Program-made: the position numbers and the translations under genes
The notes under the pieces: model-generated
The model's database searches: none
What the model saw: only the letters and a program-made list of their open reading frames with translations
Told to the model about the DNA's origin: nothing
Assembly (NCBI GenBank): GCA_958009085.1
Contig: OY253677.1
Span: forward strand, 620,001-684,000
DNA: 64,000 nucleotides
DNA from: Protoeuglena noctilucae
Lineage: Eukaryota
Direction: 5' to 3'
Shown: positions 1-13,794 of the stretch, one piece after another
Layout: each line of letters opens with the position of its first letter
Numbering within the stretch: position 1 is the stretch's first letter

Positions 1-71
1 CGCCTCCGCCGGCCACCGCCGAGCCCCACCGGCGCGCGTGCAGATACAGGACCCGATCCCGCTTCACTCAC

Positions 72-140
72 CGTCACCTCCACGCCATCGTCGTGGAGGA
101 TGAGCGCGGCGTACGTGCAAGCGAGCTCCGACTGCGACAT
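72..140 (-). CDS. RPLP1: 60S acidic ribosomal protein P1, first coding exon (gene continues off the left edge)
   Basis: Reverse strand reads ATG at 140 giving MSQSELACTYAALILHDDGVEVT, then a GTGAG donor at 71. This is the classic P1 N-terminus. A probable 5'UTR intron (donor ~247, acceptor ~142) lies just upstream. Confidence 0.92.
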
Positions 141-529
141 CCTGCGGCGAGGAGCGGATCCCCTAGTTTAGTCAAGCAATCACTCGGCGTCCTGCCAAGG
201 GTGGGGAGCGGGAGTCCAGCTGGACCGGAACGTCCTCCGCTGCTCACCTGAATGATATTAAGCCGGTCCGGCACAAACAGGGCTTGTCGCCACCAGGGAA
301 GGACGTGCGGGGGTGCGCGCGAGGCCAGTTGAGCGTACCGGTTCCAGTCAGACTGGGTCAGCGTCGGACCCGCGGGGCGCCGACTCTGGAGGACCTGCGA
401 CACGCGCGCTGGCCAATTTATCTGACCTTTCGCGTCATCGTGGCTGACGATCGGCTGCTGGGGCCTGGCATCGCGCGGGAGGGGTTCCAGACACGCATCG
501 CGGCCCTGCGTCGGCAGGCTGCGCACACG

Positions 530-1524
530 ATGGCGTACCGTGGCGGCCAGCGGGGTCGGGGCAGGTCCGGCGGGCGCGGGCGGGGTGAGAGCGGGGGGGA
601 CCTCCGTGCTCCGTGCTCCGGGCCGCTGGCGGGGCAGAGGCGGCATCCGTTTGCCCTCCTGATATCCCTGCGACGATCCTTCGGATGCGCGGGCGCGATG
701 GGGCGGCTCCCCAGCCGTTGGCGCCAGTCGCGGAATGCCGCGCCTGTGGCGTCCCCGGCCGAGCTCGGACGGCGGAGTGCGTAGGGGACAGCGCGACGCG
801 TGCTCCGGGCGCCGCGGCCTCGCCGACGATCGGCGCGCAACGACGGGGAGCCTCTGCACGGCGCAGGGAGACAGGTGGTGACCGTGGTGAAGGGCCGCGG
901 GTCGGGCGGGAACGCGGGTGGCGTGAGGAAGGGAGGTAGGGGGCGCGGAGGCAGGGGCGGGCCCCGGCGGGGCAGGGGCCAAGGGCGCGGGCGGGGGGAG
1001 GACCGGCGCCCGCCGAGCACGGACAAGCTGGACGACGCGGTGAGCGCCGGGCCTCGCCGCTCCTCGTCGCCCCGCACGATGCGCGCACTCTGCGACTCTG
1101 CAAACACCCAAGTGCTCCCCGCGCCCCGCAGCTCACCTCCTACTTCGCGGGCGACGAGGAGCTCAAGGCCCACCACGAGAGCCTGCAGCAGGAGCTGAGG
1201 AAGCAGAAGGTGAGGGGCTCCGTGTGGTATTCATGATCCTTGAGTGTCTCTCCTGTGATTTCGAAGGCTTGCTGCCCACTCTTTTTTGCACTCGGAGGGG
1301 GCCGGCCCCAACACGGGCCGCACTGCCGAGGACCAGAGCTACTTTGGGGGCAGAAGAGCCGCGCAGTCCGCCGTGGGTTTGCGTCTGAGTTGGACTTCGC
1401 TGTTTCTTTGTTCACGCAGGCCCAGAAGGAGCAGTCCAAGCTCGACAAGGAGCTGGAGGGGTACTTTGGCAACGCCGATGACGAGGACGAGGAGGCTGAG
1501 GCTGAGGCCAAGGTTGAGGCGTAG
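530..1524 (+). CDS. RGG-rich FoP/CHTOP-like RNA-binding protein (about 4 exons)
   Basis: Spliced model MAYRGGQRGRGRSGGRGRG|...RGRGGRGG...STDKLDDA|LTSYFAGDEE...RKQK|AQKEQSKLDKELEGYFG...VEA*. It has RGG repeats plus two LDxxLxxYF motifs of the FoP-duplication type, with GT-AG borders. Confidence 0.7.
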
Positions 1525-1856
1525 GACGGAGGGAGGCCGCACATGGCGACCGCGGGCTGCGGTTTTATGACGTCTGCGCCGCGCACGCGTGATGGTTTCT
1601 GTAGTTTGTTGAGGGGGTTCTCCGCATTTTGACGTTGGCTTCGGAGCTAACGGTCAATAACAGACCTACCTTGGCAGCCGCAATGCCGAATCGTTTGGCA
1701 TTGCGCGATGTGCCTGGCGTCAGCGCCAGCCTTCGAGGTTTCTGCCAAACAAGAGGCCGGACTTCCCCGAGCCTCCGCACATACGCACTTACTCACGCAT
1801 AATTCACGTTCGTTGCATCCGCCGGACTTCACGCGGGTCTTGTAGGCCGAGGGCCG

Positions 1857-3335
1857 ATGCTGAGCTGGAGCCGGGGCCTTTCCGACCTCTCGTCTTCCGT
1901 ACCCTTCGCCGACTTCGTCGCTGATTATGTGTTTGGGCTGACGACGACTGGACCGTCCCAGTCCCGGGCGCAGGGCGCGCCAGGGAAAGAGGGTGCGGAG
2001 GGTGCGGAGGGCAGGTCTTTGCCGCCGCGCGTCGCGTCGGAGGACTACTGGGCAGGGAGTCCCGGCTCGCCCTGTCCTGCCATGACCGTGCGCACTGTGG
2101 TGAGAGCGCGGGGCGTCGGCGTGCGCTCCCGGAGCGTGATGCCTCAGCCCTACGGCGCTGTTTGCCTGGGCGGCGCCTATAGCGGGACAGCCGCCACAGC
2201 TCGACAGCTGGCTTTGAGTTGCTTCTTGACACGGTCGCTGCGCCCCTTCTTCCTCCGCAGGCGAACGCGGTCGACAGCGACACGTCGAGCATCAACTTTG
2301 CGGCGTCGGGAGAGCGCGTGAGCGCCGAGGAGGAGGTCTCACGGTCGATACATGAGGACCTGGAGCTTTATATTCCCCCGCCGCGCCGCGGGCGGTTCCT
2401 CCGCGACCTCCGGTTCGTGCGGCAGGAGCGCACGTGGGACTGCGGGCTGGCCTGCGCCCTGATGGCGCTTCGGATGCTGGGCGACGTGGACGTGACGCTG
2501 GAGAGCCTCGCGATGTCGTGCGGGACGGAGTCCGTGTGGACCATCGACCTCGCGGTGCTGCTGCACCAGCGAGGGGCACGCGTCGACCTCCTCACGACCT
2601 CCGCGGGGGTCAGCGCCGACTACGACACCGTCCCTTTCTATCAGAACGCCATTTCCTCGGACCGAAAGCGCGTGCAGCAGCTGGTGAGTCGCCCCCGGAC
2701 GTCATAAACATCGCTGCGCCCCGTTGACGCCAGCGCTGGGAATCTCCGCGCGACGTCCGCGCCCCTCGCCCCGCCGCAGTTCGCGGGATGTTCGCGCGGC
2801 GCGGGCCTCCGCGTGCACATCCGCCACTTGGAGCCCAGCGAGCTGATGGACTTGGTGTTGGGAGGGCGCCATGTGGTGATTGCCCTGGTAGACAAGGTGA
2901 ACAACGAATGAAGCGGCGCTGCAGGCAACGTTGCTCGCGCAGCACCTGCCTGCCGCTTTCTGCTCTGCCGCTTCATGCTGCTGATGCGTGCGTCATGTCA
3001 AGTTATAGTTCATAACGACTCACTAGTTGATAACAACTTGCTGTAAACGTATGCCGTGTCGTTTGTCGCAGAGCGTCCTGTCCCACTGCGAGGAGGAGAC
3101 GGCGCGCCTGCGAACCGAGGCGGGGCTCACGGGCTACGTGGGGCATTACCTGGTGGTGGCGGGGGCCGATGCGGACCGCGGCACGTTTTGGGTCGCGGAC
3201 CCGAGCGTCCCCGGGGGTCCCATTGAGGTGCCGGGATCGGAGCTGGAGGCCGCGCGCACCGCGTTCGGGACCGACGAGGACCTCCTGCTCGTCAGCGTGC
3301 CAGAATCGATGCCAGAGTCCGTGCCAGAGGCATAG
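1857..3335 (+). CDS. GUCD1 / plant GC1-like (C39-like fold, Guanylate_cyc_2 family) protein
   Basis: Motifs FVRQERTWDCGLACALMAL, SVWTIDLAVLL, GYVGHYLVVAG and ARTAFGTDEDLL lie in exons ~2261-2682, ~2780-2896 and ~3072-3335. The start codon is uncertain. Confidence 0.8.
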
Positions 3336-4369
3336 GGCGGCGGTGGGGGCGGCGGCGGCGGTGTGGGGCGCGCAGGCGGTGGTTTGCGAGCTATGCTGGC
3401 AGTGCTAACTTGACAGTGTTTCGCTGCAGCCGTTTTCGCTTGTTGTGACAGAGACCTGAGTGAAGGGCTGATGAGACTCCGCCTGGGATACAAGCGACCA
3501 GGGGTGCTCAGTGCAAGCACTGCGTTGGCAGCAGCGTCGATGTCAGCAACTAAGGGTATTCAGTGCTAGTAACAGCATCGACTGCTCAACTTTGAGCCCC
3601 GAGGGATGCTCACGGGCGGGGTGGTGGTACCCACAGCTACGAGGCTCGTCACGGCTACAGAGACGCGCTGTGCTCGCTGCACACGCTAAGGCCTTGCCTT
3701 GCCGTCCCAGCGATATGGGCCTATCGACAGGAAGGTCCCATCGGCCCCATTTCAAACTCAACTCAAGTGACGATCGCGACGTGGCGGGCGGCGTCCCACT
3801 GCAAAGCAAACACAGCCTAAACACAGCTTTGGTGGAAACGAGCGATAACGATGATGATAACCATGGCGCAGGGTCGGTCTTGGTACTGGGCGCACGCCGC
3901 AAGGGGCAGCACAGCACGGCCCAGGGTGCAATCAAAAGCGACTCCTTGCGAGCGATGGTCGCCCGCGAGGTCGCTCGTAATGCCGACCAGACGCGACCAG
4001 CGACGATTACGTAGCCACGCTGTGTGGCGCACGGGTGCTGGTGGCATGGGCCATACACCGACTGACCGGCGACGGTGCCAAACCCCAAAGCTACCACCGT
4101 TACTACCAGCAACGATTGCGGCGTCAGGCTGAGCGGTGCCGATTGCTGGGTGGTGGAGGGGGAGTGGCGATACTGGTCGATCGGCCACTACGGCGACGAT
4201 GGGGCTCTACTGTAGGAAACCCAAACCCGCAAACCGGCTCTATTGTAGGAAATGCAACACAGGTGTAGGAAACGCAGCGGGGCGCACGACAAGTCCGGTC
4301 TGTGGCGAGGGGAGTGACTGGGCAGAGGGAAGCAAACAACAAGACTTATTGAGAGGGCCTGGCATGGGC

Positions 4370-4570
4370 ATGGCAGGTGTGACCCTGTCACGCCCTGTAC
4401 ACAACAGGTACGGCCCCGCATGTTGCAGGCGCGAGCCTGTCACCCTGTGCAGAACAGGTGCAGCCCCGTGACCCCCGCATGTGGCAGGTACGGCCCCGTC
4501 ACATCCCGCATCTGGCAGGCAGGTATGACCCTGTGACCCCAGGTATGACCCTGGCAGGTATGACCCTATG
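4370..4570. repeat. Degenerate tandem repeat array (CAGGT[AG][CT]G[AG]CCC-like units)
   Basis: About 8 related units, e.g. ggcaggtgtgaccctgtcac, caggtacggccccg and caggtatgaccct. Confidence 0.6.
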
Positions 4571-4863
4571 GCCCGAGCGCCCGGGACTACTGCTGGCGAC
4601 TGCCGGGGCTCAGTCCTGTGGCCTGGGTCCACGTCTACAGCAACATGGATCGAAAACACAAGGGCGGGGATCGAAAGGCCGACGACCGAAGGCGACCCAC
4701 CGCCCCACCACCCTCACCCCACACCCTTGCACTCTACAACCCCACACCTCCCCCCTCACACCCCCGGCCACCCATCCAGCCCCTCACACCAACACACCAA
4801 ACCCACCCTCTATCCACCCATACACCCAACCCGAATCGCCACCACCCACCCATCTTAACACCC

Positions 4864-7800
4864 TCACGCCTCTGCCCTGGACCCCACCCGGCTCCTCCCC
4901 GGCCCAGGCGTGTTGTGCCCCGACCCCCCTAAGGGCGCCAGCGACGCCCGCGACGCGCTTTGCGACATCCCCGCTGATGCCGTCCCCGACCGCACCTCCT
5001 CCGCCCGCTCCATATTCGTCCTCTTGAGCGCCTCTACGTTCGCGAATTCGAATCCCTCGAACGCCTTATCCAATGCCTCTTTTTCCTCCGAGTCCGTCGT
5101 GCTCTGGCTCTGGCACCCGCCGCTGTCAGAACCGCCGTCAGAATCGGAGTTTCGGCCGGACTGCGGGCTCCGCGGCTCCGGCGGGGAGCCGGCGGGTAAC
5201 GAGCATTGCGCATCGGCGTCCCGCGGGGCATCGTCCGCGGCAGCACCGGCGGCGGCAGTGGGGATGCGCACAGTGAGCGGCGGGCCGTGCGAGCTGCGGC
5301 GGCTGTGGGGCGGCGAGGGGCTGCGGCCGGAGCTGACGCTGCGGCCGCTCCTGCTCGTCCCGCCGCCCACGCTGCTGCCACCCGTGCCACCCATGCCACC
5401 GCCCACACCACCACCCATGCCACCCCCACCGCCCCCACTGCCACCCCCACTGCCACCCCCCAGGTAAAACCCCGCCGAGCTGCGCGGCGACGCCCCGGCC
5501 GCATTGGCATTGGCGTCCAGAACGTGCCGCAGCAGCGGGTTAGACGCCTCGCTGTTAGCACCAAACCCCGCGTGACCGGCATGCTGCGCGTGGCTTGCAT
5601 GGGGTGCGTAGACGCCACCACCCCCCACGCTCTGCGAATTCGCGGGGTGGATGCCGACCCCGTGCGCGCGCGGGTGCGCGTCCGGGGCAGAGGCGGCGGT
5701 GGCGAGCGTGGCGGGGATGTGGGCGGCAGCGGTGGCGTCATTGCCGAAGGACCCACGCCTGGGGTGGGGCGCGTGGCGATCTGCCGAGGAGCGGCGGGTG
5801 AGCGGTGGATCGATCGATGACCTCCCTGACGATTCGGTTTCCACGGAGTGACGGTTGGGATCGATGGGGATGCCCTGAGAGGAGCGGCGTGAGGTGGCGG
5901 TGGAGGGGACCGGGCGTCGTGGGTCGGTGGGGCTTCGCATGTCCGAGGGGAGGCGAGGGAGGGTCTGGGGGGGTGAGGGAGGAGGGGGAGGGGGTTGGGG
6001 GTGAGGGAGGGGTGGGGTGGGGGTGAGTGGGTGAGGGGGGGGTGAGGGGGGTGGGGGGGTGGGGAGGGGGTGGGGGAGGGAGGGCGAGGAGGAGTGAGGG
6101 GGGAAGGGTGGGGAGTGCTGTTGTAATCTGAGTGCTGCTGCTGACAAGAAGCAGCCGCCTGCACCCCCCCTTCCCTCACCTCAGCATCGCTGCTGTCTAA
6201 GCCAGTGCTATCATCAGTGCTACCATCAACCACTGCAACAACCACTCCCCTATGCACTCACCCTAGCACTCCCGCCCTCCGGCATAGACCACGCCGGCTC
6301 CTTCCCCCCCCCCGCAGCCGTAGCAGCCGACAGCGGAGATCTTGTGGTGGGCGCAAACAGCGACGATGCCGCCGCCATCCTCGCCCCGCCCGCCATCGCA
6401 GTTGCGTTGGCACCAGCGGGGGTGCTTTGGGGAGACGTGACGGATGTGGAGTGAGGCGGGAGGGTGGCGGAATGGACGGGGGATAGGTGGGATGGGCGGG
6501 GGGCGGAGGTGGGGGTGAGGGTGTGGGCGGAGTTGGTTTGGCTGAGGGGGCTGTGGATGGTGAGGGGCTCTCCGGTGAGCGAGCTGACGAAGGTGGTGGA
6601 CGCGAGGGGTGAGGGCGAGGTCTGGAGGGGTGACGGGGGGCTGCGGGGGGGGGGAAGGGGGGGGAGGGGGTGAGTGGATGAGGTGAGGTGAGAGATGGTA
6701 AGGGAAGGGGGGGTGGGGTGATGAGGTGAAAGCGACAACAACAATAATAAACAACGAACTCATCATCTCACATGCACTTTCAAAGAGCTCACATCCAGAT
6801 CCAAGCAACCCCCTTCCCCCCCCAACAGTCACGTCCCCGGCATCCCCCACCCTTTCCCACCACCACGCTTACCTCAACGCTAACAAGACTTGCTAAGAAC
6901 AACAACCCCACAATCAACAAACACCCCCCCCCCCCCCTCCTCCCTAATCACTCACGTCCCCGGCATGCCCCCCAATCCCCCCCCCTCCTCGCTTACCTCA
7001 ATGCTACCAACAAGTACCACTACAATTTCCACTACCAACGCATCACCCCACATCCAATCAACCCCCTTAACACCCACTCACGTCCCCGGCATCCCCAACC
7101 CTCCTCCCCCCTCCTCGCTGCTCTCCGGCCGCGAAGGCGCCGGCGACATGGGGTTGCTGGCCCCATCCATCGACGACCTCCTCACTCGATACCTCGTCAG
7201 TTGATCCACGCTCACGTCCGCCATATTACTCCGCCTTCTAGTCGACACCGATCCCGACCCGCCACCCCCCGCCCCACCCCCCGCCGCCGAGCTCCACCGG
7301 GATTGCGTGGACGCCCCCAGATCGCTGGCCATCTCCCGATCTGACACTGGTTTCTGGTAGAAGTAGCTGGTGTCGGTCGCGCTGTCGGTTTCTGGCACGA
7401 ACGCGGCCTTTTCCTTGGATAGGCTGCTCCAGTTGACGTGGGCGAACCAGGGGTGGGATTTGACCTCCTGGGCGCCGCGGTGGCCCAGGCGCTTGCTCGG
7501 GTCCATCTGTGAACGGGTGAGTGGGTACAAGTATAAACCATTGTAGCATAGACCAATATATCATCATTTCACAACCTCCCATCCACCAACTCACCGTGAG
7601 CAGCTTGTTGATCTGATCCAAGCACGGCTCCGACAGCAACTTACCATCTATCGATATTCTATATATATGCAAGTATAATCAGTATCACCCACCCCTCACC
7701 GTGAGCAGCTTGTTGATGAGGTCCACGCACGGCTCCGACAGCAGCGGCCTCCCGTCCTCCTCGGTCGGGAAACTTATTGCGCGCTCGAGAATATTGTCGA

Positions 7801-10800
7801 ATATTTCCTCGGGCGTGTCCGCGTGAAACGGGGGCAACCCCACGACTAATTCGTACACCACCACCCCCAGCGACCACCAATCCACCTCCGGCCCATGGGG
7901 CTGCCCCAGCAATATCTCGGGAGCGAGATAGTCCGGCGTACCCACTTTGCGCTTATCATCCACCCGCATTGCGCCGGGAGCGTGCGCGGACGGGTCACTG
8001 ACGGAGGCAGCGGAAAGAAACGACGGCACTTTGGCGGGTGCGTGGAGGGCGGGGGTGGCGGGGGTGGAGGCGATGGATGCGTGGGCGGTGAGGGAGGGGG
8101 CGTCGGGGAGCGACGGGGGTGGCAGCGAGGGTAGCGATGCGAGTGCGGGTGCGGTGGTGGTTGATGCCAGCACCGACGCAGTGGCGGGTGCAGTGGTTGA
8201 CACTGATAATGATCCCAATCCTGTCGCACCCCCCGCAGTGGCAGTAGATACCAACCCATGCCCCGTTGTAGGTGCGCTGGTTGACACCGATACCGACCCA
8301 TGCACCGCTGCCCCACCCCCCGCCGTTGCTGTCGACACCGACCGCGGTGTTTGGATGCCTGAGGAGGGCTCAGAGGGCGACCCCGATGAGCCGTCGCGGT
8401 GCGCGGGCGCTGCGTCCGGTGGCTGCGTGGAATAGACCACATCGGTGGCGCCGCGGGTGCTGAGGCCGAAGTCGGTGAGCTTGACGTGGCCGTCGGCGCC
8501 GATCAGGAGGTTGTCGGGCTTGATGTCCCTGAGATATGGGGAAGAGAGGGAATCAATAAATGGGATAAAGGAATTATTATCGATATAATGGTTAGTATAG
8601 GTGATGTCACAATAATTATAACTACTGTCATATATCACAGGAAACCATCTTACATCTCTATTATTACACAGTTATCGTCATAATAATCACCATATTCACT
8701 ACTTCGTCGCTACAACTGACAAATCCTCGCCTGTGTATGACCCCGTTGGCGTGGCAGTACTCGAGCGCCAGCACGGCTTCGGCCACGTACGTCCTCGCCA
8801 CGTCCTCATCCAAGCTCTCCAGGTTGCGCAGAAGCGAGAACAGGTCACCACCGGGCGAAAACTCCATCACCAGATAAACGTTCTCCTTTGACTGAAAGGA
8901 ATAGAAGAACCGGACCACAAAGGGGTTGTCGGTGGTCGCCAATATGTTGCGCTCGTTCTGGACGTTCTCCACCAGGTTCTTGCGCAGTAGGTCCTTCTTG
9001 CGCATCGCCTTGATGGCGAAGAGGTCGCCGGTGGCGCGCTTCTGGGGGGAAGGGGGGGAGGGGTGAGGGTGGGGTGGGTGGGGGTGGCAGTGGGGTTTGG
9101 GATGGGGGTGGCAGTGGGGGTGGGGTGAGGGGAGGGAGTGGGGGTGGCAGTGGGGGTGGGAGTGAGGGGGTGTGAGTGGTTGAGTGGTCGTCACATCCAC
9201 GCTTTTGATTCAGCATCGCCCTGTCAACCCACCCACCCTCACCTGCGCCAGGTACACCCTTTGTGCGCCCTTCTCACCACTACTACTCAACTTTACATTT
9301 AACAATCACCAATTCCCTTACAACCCACCCACTTTCTCACCTGCGCCAGGTACACCCTCCCGTGCGCCCCCCGGCTGATGGGCTTGAGGATGACAAAGTC
9401 GTCAATGCTCATGCTCGCCGCCACCTCCTCCCTCAAATCCCGCGCCGTGGGCCGCCGTTGCACCGACGCAATGAACTCCAGTTTCCGCTCCACCAGCCCC
9501 GCGAGCTTGAGCGCCCAGATTAGCGCGAGCGACTCCGCATTACGGTACTCCTTTTCCAGCGCCGTTTGGAATCCCCGTTGGTCCGAGCTGAGAGCGGAAA
9601 GCACGCGCTCCCTCCCCCGCACCGCCTTGCGCACTTGCTCCAGCAGATTGCTGCACCGGCGCTCGGGCAGAGCGGTCCCGTCCGGTTGCACGCTCGAGCA
9701 GACGCGGGCGAGGGACGCGAGCCGTCGCAGGAACGCGGCTTGTCGCGCGAGGACCTTGCCGGCGCTGGCCCCCGCGAACCCCTCGGCCCGGTCGCGCTCG
9801 CTGACTTTGGCAAAGGCTCGCTGCAGGCGGGCCAGCTCCTGGTCCTCAATGGCGTTGGCCAGGCGGGCGAGCAGGGGGTCCACGTCCCTGGAAATGGGAG
9901 AATGAAATGGGGATCATTACTTAACAGTGTACCAGGTACGCACACCTCGCCAAATCTGAGTGTCGACACCCCCACCGCTCCCCCCACTGCTACCCTCACA
10001 CCAACCTCCCTGCCACCCTCACTACCACTTACACCCTCACACCCATCCCCATCCTCACTGCCACCCCCACCACCATCCCCACAATCACCTACCCCAGCTG
10101 CTATCCCCTCACTACCGCACACTCACCCACACTCGCACTCACATTCCCACTCCCACTTTCAAATCCTCTCCATTCCCCTAACATTCCCACCCCCACCCCC
10201 ACCCCCCCTCACCTCCTCTCCGCCCCCGCCGCCTCCACCACCGCACACACACGCGAGTGGTCGGAGATCAGCGCCATGGGCACCATCGCCTCGCAGATGC
10301 GACAGATGACCTCCATCTTCGAAATGGGCTGCCGGTCAGCGTCAAGCGAGTAGCGCTGGGGGCGGCGGTGGGGGGTGTCGCCCCCGCTGTCTTGGGATGT
10401 GCGGTCGCGCGAGGGGAAGACGGGGCTCTGGGGGGGAGGGGGATAGGGGATTGATGTTAATTTGACATTATATATTGTACATTATGCTATATTTACCACG
10501 TTATGCTGTATGTATCCTTTAATTTCCTATAATACTCACCCTCACCATAGACAATAACAAGCGATCCCCGCCCAGTGATCAGCAATAAACACGTCATCCA
10601 TCCGAGCTTCATAACAACCACAACAACCATAGATCCACCCAAACCCACCTTGGGCTCCCCCCTCCCCTCCTCTGCAACACGCCCCCCTCACCACACAGCA
10701 AACGATAGCAGACGATAACCCAATAACAGATAACCATCCATCCATTTGGACATCGATAAACATCAACACTATCCATATTCCAACCCCACCCACACCCACC

Positions 10801-13794
10801 TTGGGCTCTCCCCTCCCCTCCTCCTCCCCCCCCTCCCCCCCCTCCCCCCCCTCGCCCCGACCCGCCCGTAACCCCTCCAAAAAGCTCGGCGGCACACCGT
10901 CCGCCGTCCTCCTCGCCATCGCCTGAACCAGCTCCTCCGAATGAGTCACTTGCAATCCCTCAATCGCCAAAGGCGCTGCGTTCATCGACCGCCGACCACG
11001 CACCGCCGCTGAGCGGGGCGGCCGACGCGACCCCTCACCCCCCACCCCCTCGCCCCTCGCCCCCGCCCCTTTCTTATTCCCCGATCCGCGGAACCAAGAC
11101 GTGATGCGCACCAGCCCAGCACGGAACAGGTTCGTTCTCCCACCCAAGTCGTCCACAGCACGTTCCCCCGCACCCCCGGTACCATAGCCCCCCTCCCCGT
11201 GCCCCCCCTCGCCCTCCTCCCCCTCCCCCCCCCACCTCGCCCGGCAGGTGGTGAAACTCGGATCTGGCGCGCTCCCTGTCAGTGGACTTGCCAGTTACCC
11301 TAATCACCTCGACGTCGGCGTCGCTGTCGCTCGGGGCCGTGTCGCGTAAGGATGTGTAGGATGATGACTCGCTGAGATAGGCTGGCTCGGGCTCGTCGCC
11401 GGAGAGGGCGTGCTTGGGGTCGCCGAAGCTGGGGGGGAGATGAGGGGGGTGGGGGTGTTAGTGGGGGGGTGAGGGGGGGGGGGGGGGGGGGTGTGAGTGG
11501 GGGGTTGGAATGCTTTGAAAGGATAGCTGAAGCTGTGAGAGTGGGGAGGGTGTGCAATGCTACCCCCTTCCAACACCCCCGCAACCCACCCCACCCACAC
11601 TCACAACGCAACACCCCTCAGTACTATCAACACCCAACCCCCCCATATAGTACTACTATACTGTCCAATCACGTCGCCTCGTAGCTCTTGGCCACCCCCC
11701 TCTACCAACAACACTCGCAACCATTACCAGTCACTCATAACCATCTACCCCACACATATATACATACGCACTCACGTGGCCTCGTAGCTCTTGGCCACCC
11801 CCCCCGGCCCGACCTCGCTGTAGTTCCCCAGCCGCTTGCGCATCGTCACTTTCCGCAGCCAATCACTGTCCCCCGCCCCCCTCTCAGGCGGCTTTCTCGC
11901 AGCTTCCCGGATCGCCCGCCGCTGCCGGCGCTTTTCGGCTAACAGCGCCTGGGCCAGCGCAGTGACGGTCACCAGCAGCTTGGTGACGAGCAAGCGTGTG
12001 CCACGGTGCAGCACAACTGCACGCATACCCTCCAATTCCGACCGCACGCTCGCGAGCCCTGACTCAAGCGCTGAATCAGTCATACCCAACACACGGTCGG
12101 CCGTCGCTTGCAATTGGTGCAATACGGCTTCGATTTCGTCAGTGGCGTCGGCGGAGAGGATGGGGGCGGTCAGGCGCACGCTCTGGCTGCGGGGCGGGCG
12201 GGGCGGGGAGGGGACCGCGAGGGTGGGCGGGGGTGGGAAGGTGTCGGCGGGGGCGTCGGTGGTGGTGTGGCGGGGCTGCGGGGAAGGTGGGAAGGGGGAG
12301 GGGTGAGGTGCGGAGTAGAGTGGGGTGGGGTGAGGTGTGGGTTAGGGAGTGGTGGGTGGGGGGGGAAGGGTGCGGTGCGGTGCGGGTGGGGAGCGGAGGG
12401 GCGAGGATTGAGGGGCGCCGCAACGCGGAGTGGCCCGCTGTCACCGTCAAGCGCATCGATACACCATCACCACCGCATCTAGCCCGTGACTCAGTAGTCG
12501 TCAGTCACCATCATGCACAGCGCTGGCGAATCGTGCGTTCATCCACACCTGCGCCAACACACCCCCCCACACACGCACCTGCCGCGCCCCCCCGGGGCTC
12601 TCCATCGCCTCCTCGTCATCCCGGCCCTCACTCCCCCCTCTCCCTCGTCCCCCTCATCCCCGAGCCCCTCCGCCTCCTCCTCGCTGTCGATCCCCAGCAG
12701 ACCCGTCGACGCGTACGCGGACTGCAACGCCAGCTTCTCCCGGATCCGCTCCGCGCGCTCCTTGTTGCCGACCAGCTGCGGAGGCGCCTCGCGGGTCCCT
12801 TCCCCGATATCCTGCCACCCCGCAACGGAAGCGCGGGCTCGCATCTGGCCCCGCCCCGCCCGGTCCGCCAGACGCTCCAAGCGCTGCAGCTCCATCTTGC
12901 GACGACGCTGCACATCGATCTCCTGCTCCACCTGGTGCTTGAAGAGCTCCAGCTCCAGGTGCATGCGCGTAATGAGCGAGTTCTTGTCCCTGCGAAGAGA
13001 TGCGGTCCCGGGGCGGCCCTCGGGCGATGCGGGGCGACCGGAGAGTGCTCAGGTGATATCTACAAGTAATATAAAGCTATCGCGCATGTCTGGCGATGCT
13101 CCCGCGCTGCGCAACGCTCACCCGGGGAGCAGGGTGGAGCTGCGCTTCTTGGCCAGCAGCGCGCGCGCGAGGTCCGTCGACTCGGGCTTCCGGCGCTGCT
13201 CCTTCCCCGGCTCGGTCTCCTCGGATCGACTCGTGCTCGCGCCTGCGGTCGCGGGGCGGGGGCAGGCGCGTCGGCGGGGCCGTGGACCGGCGACACGGGC
13301 GCGGCCGGGACGCCGCCCCCGAGGGTCTTGGCGGCACGACATACGACGGATGGACATACATCGACGCGAGGCCCGTCGCAGCGGCCGCGAAATCGCGCAA
13401 GCGCGTCCACGGGGCGCGCACCGTCCGAAACACGGGGCGTCGTGGGTCCCGACGTGGAGACGGACGCCCCCTCCAGTCCCGCGATGAGCTCGTCGATCCG
13501 GTGCGATCCAAGAATGCCACTGGCGACGGCCCGGCTCCCCGTGGGCGACGTGGAGCCCGAGGTCCGCGCGTCCTGGATGGAAAGTCGCTTCGACAGGCCG
13601 GGGACGGGGAGCTCGGGCACCCCGGCGCTCCCCGGGCTGCAGATAGGGATACGGGAATCGCATCCGTCGCTCCTGGCCCGGCGCAGGGGCACTTGAGATG
13701 GGCAAGCAACGCGCGAGGCCCTATGATGCAGGAGACGCTTTAAGACCCACCTGCCGCCCGCTCCCTTGGGCCCTTCATGCTCTTTACCCTTCAT
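4864..13794 (-). CDS. IRE/IREH1-MAST/Greatwall-type AGC Ser/Thr kinase, multi-exon
   Basis: Exons encode [64 protein letters not shown], a long activation-segment insert, [16 protein letters not shown] and an AGC tail with FEGFEFAN. The 5' exons and start codon are uncertain. Confidence 0.9.

Noticed and set aside
74..1198. Long overlapping Arg/Pro-rich ORFs in the first kilobase
   Set aside because: Explained by high GC plus the spliced RPLP1 and FoP-like genes.
1500..3335. Non-standard genetic code (TAA/TAG=Gln) as in some ulvophytes
   Set aside because: Genes end at TAG/TAA at sensible positions, and conserved exons have no in-frame TAR codons.
3511..4188. ORFs 3511-4014 (+) and 3543-4112 (-)
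   Set aside because: No recognisable motifs, and codon use differs from the confirmed genes.
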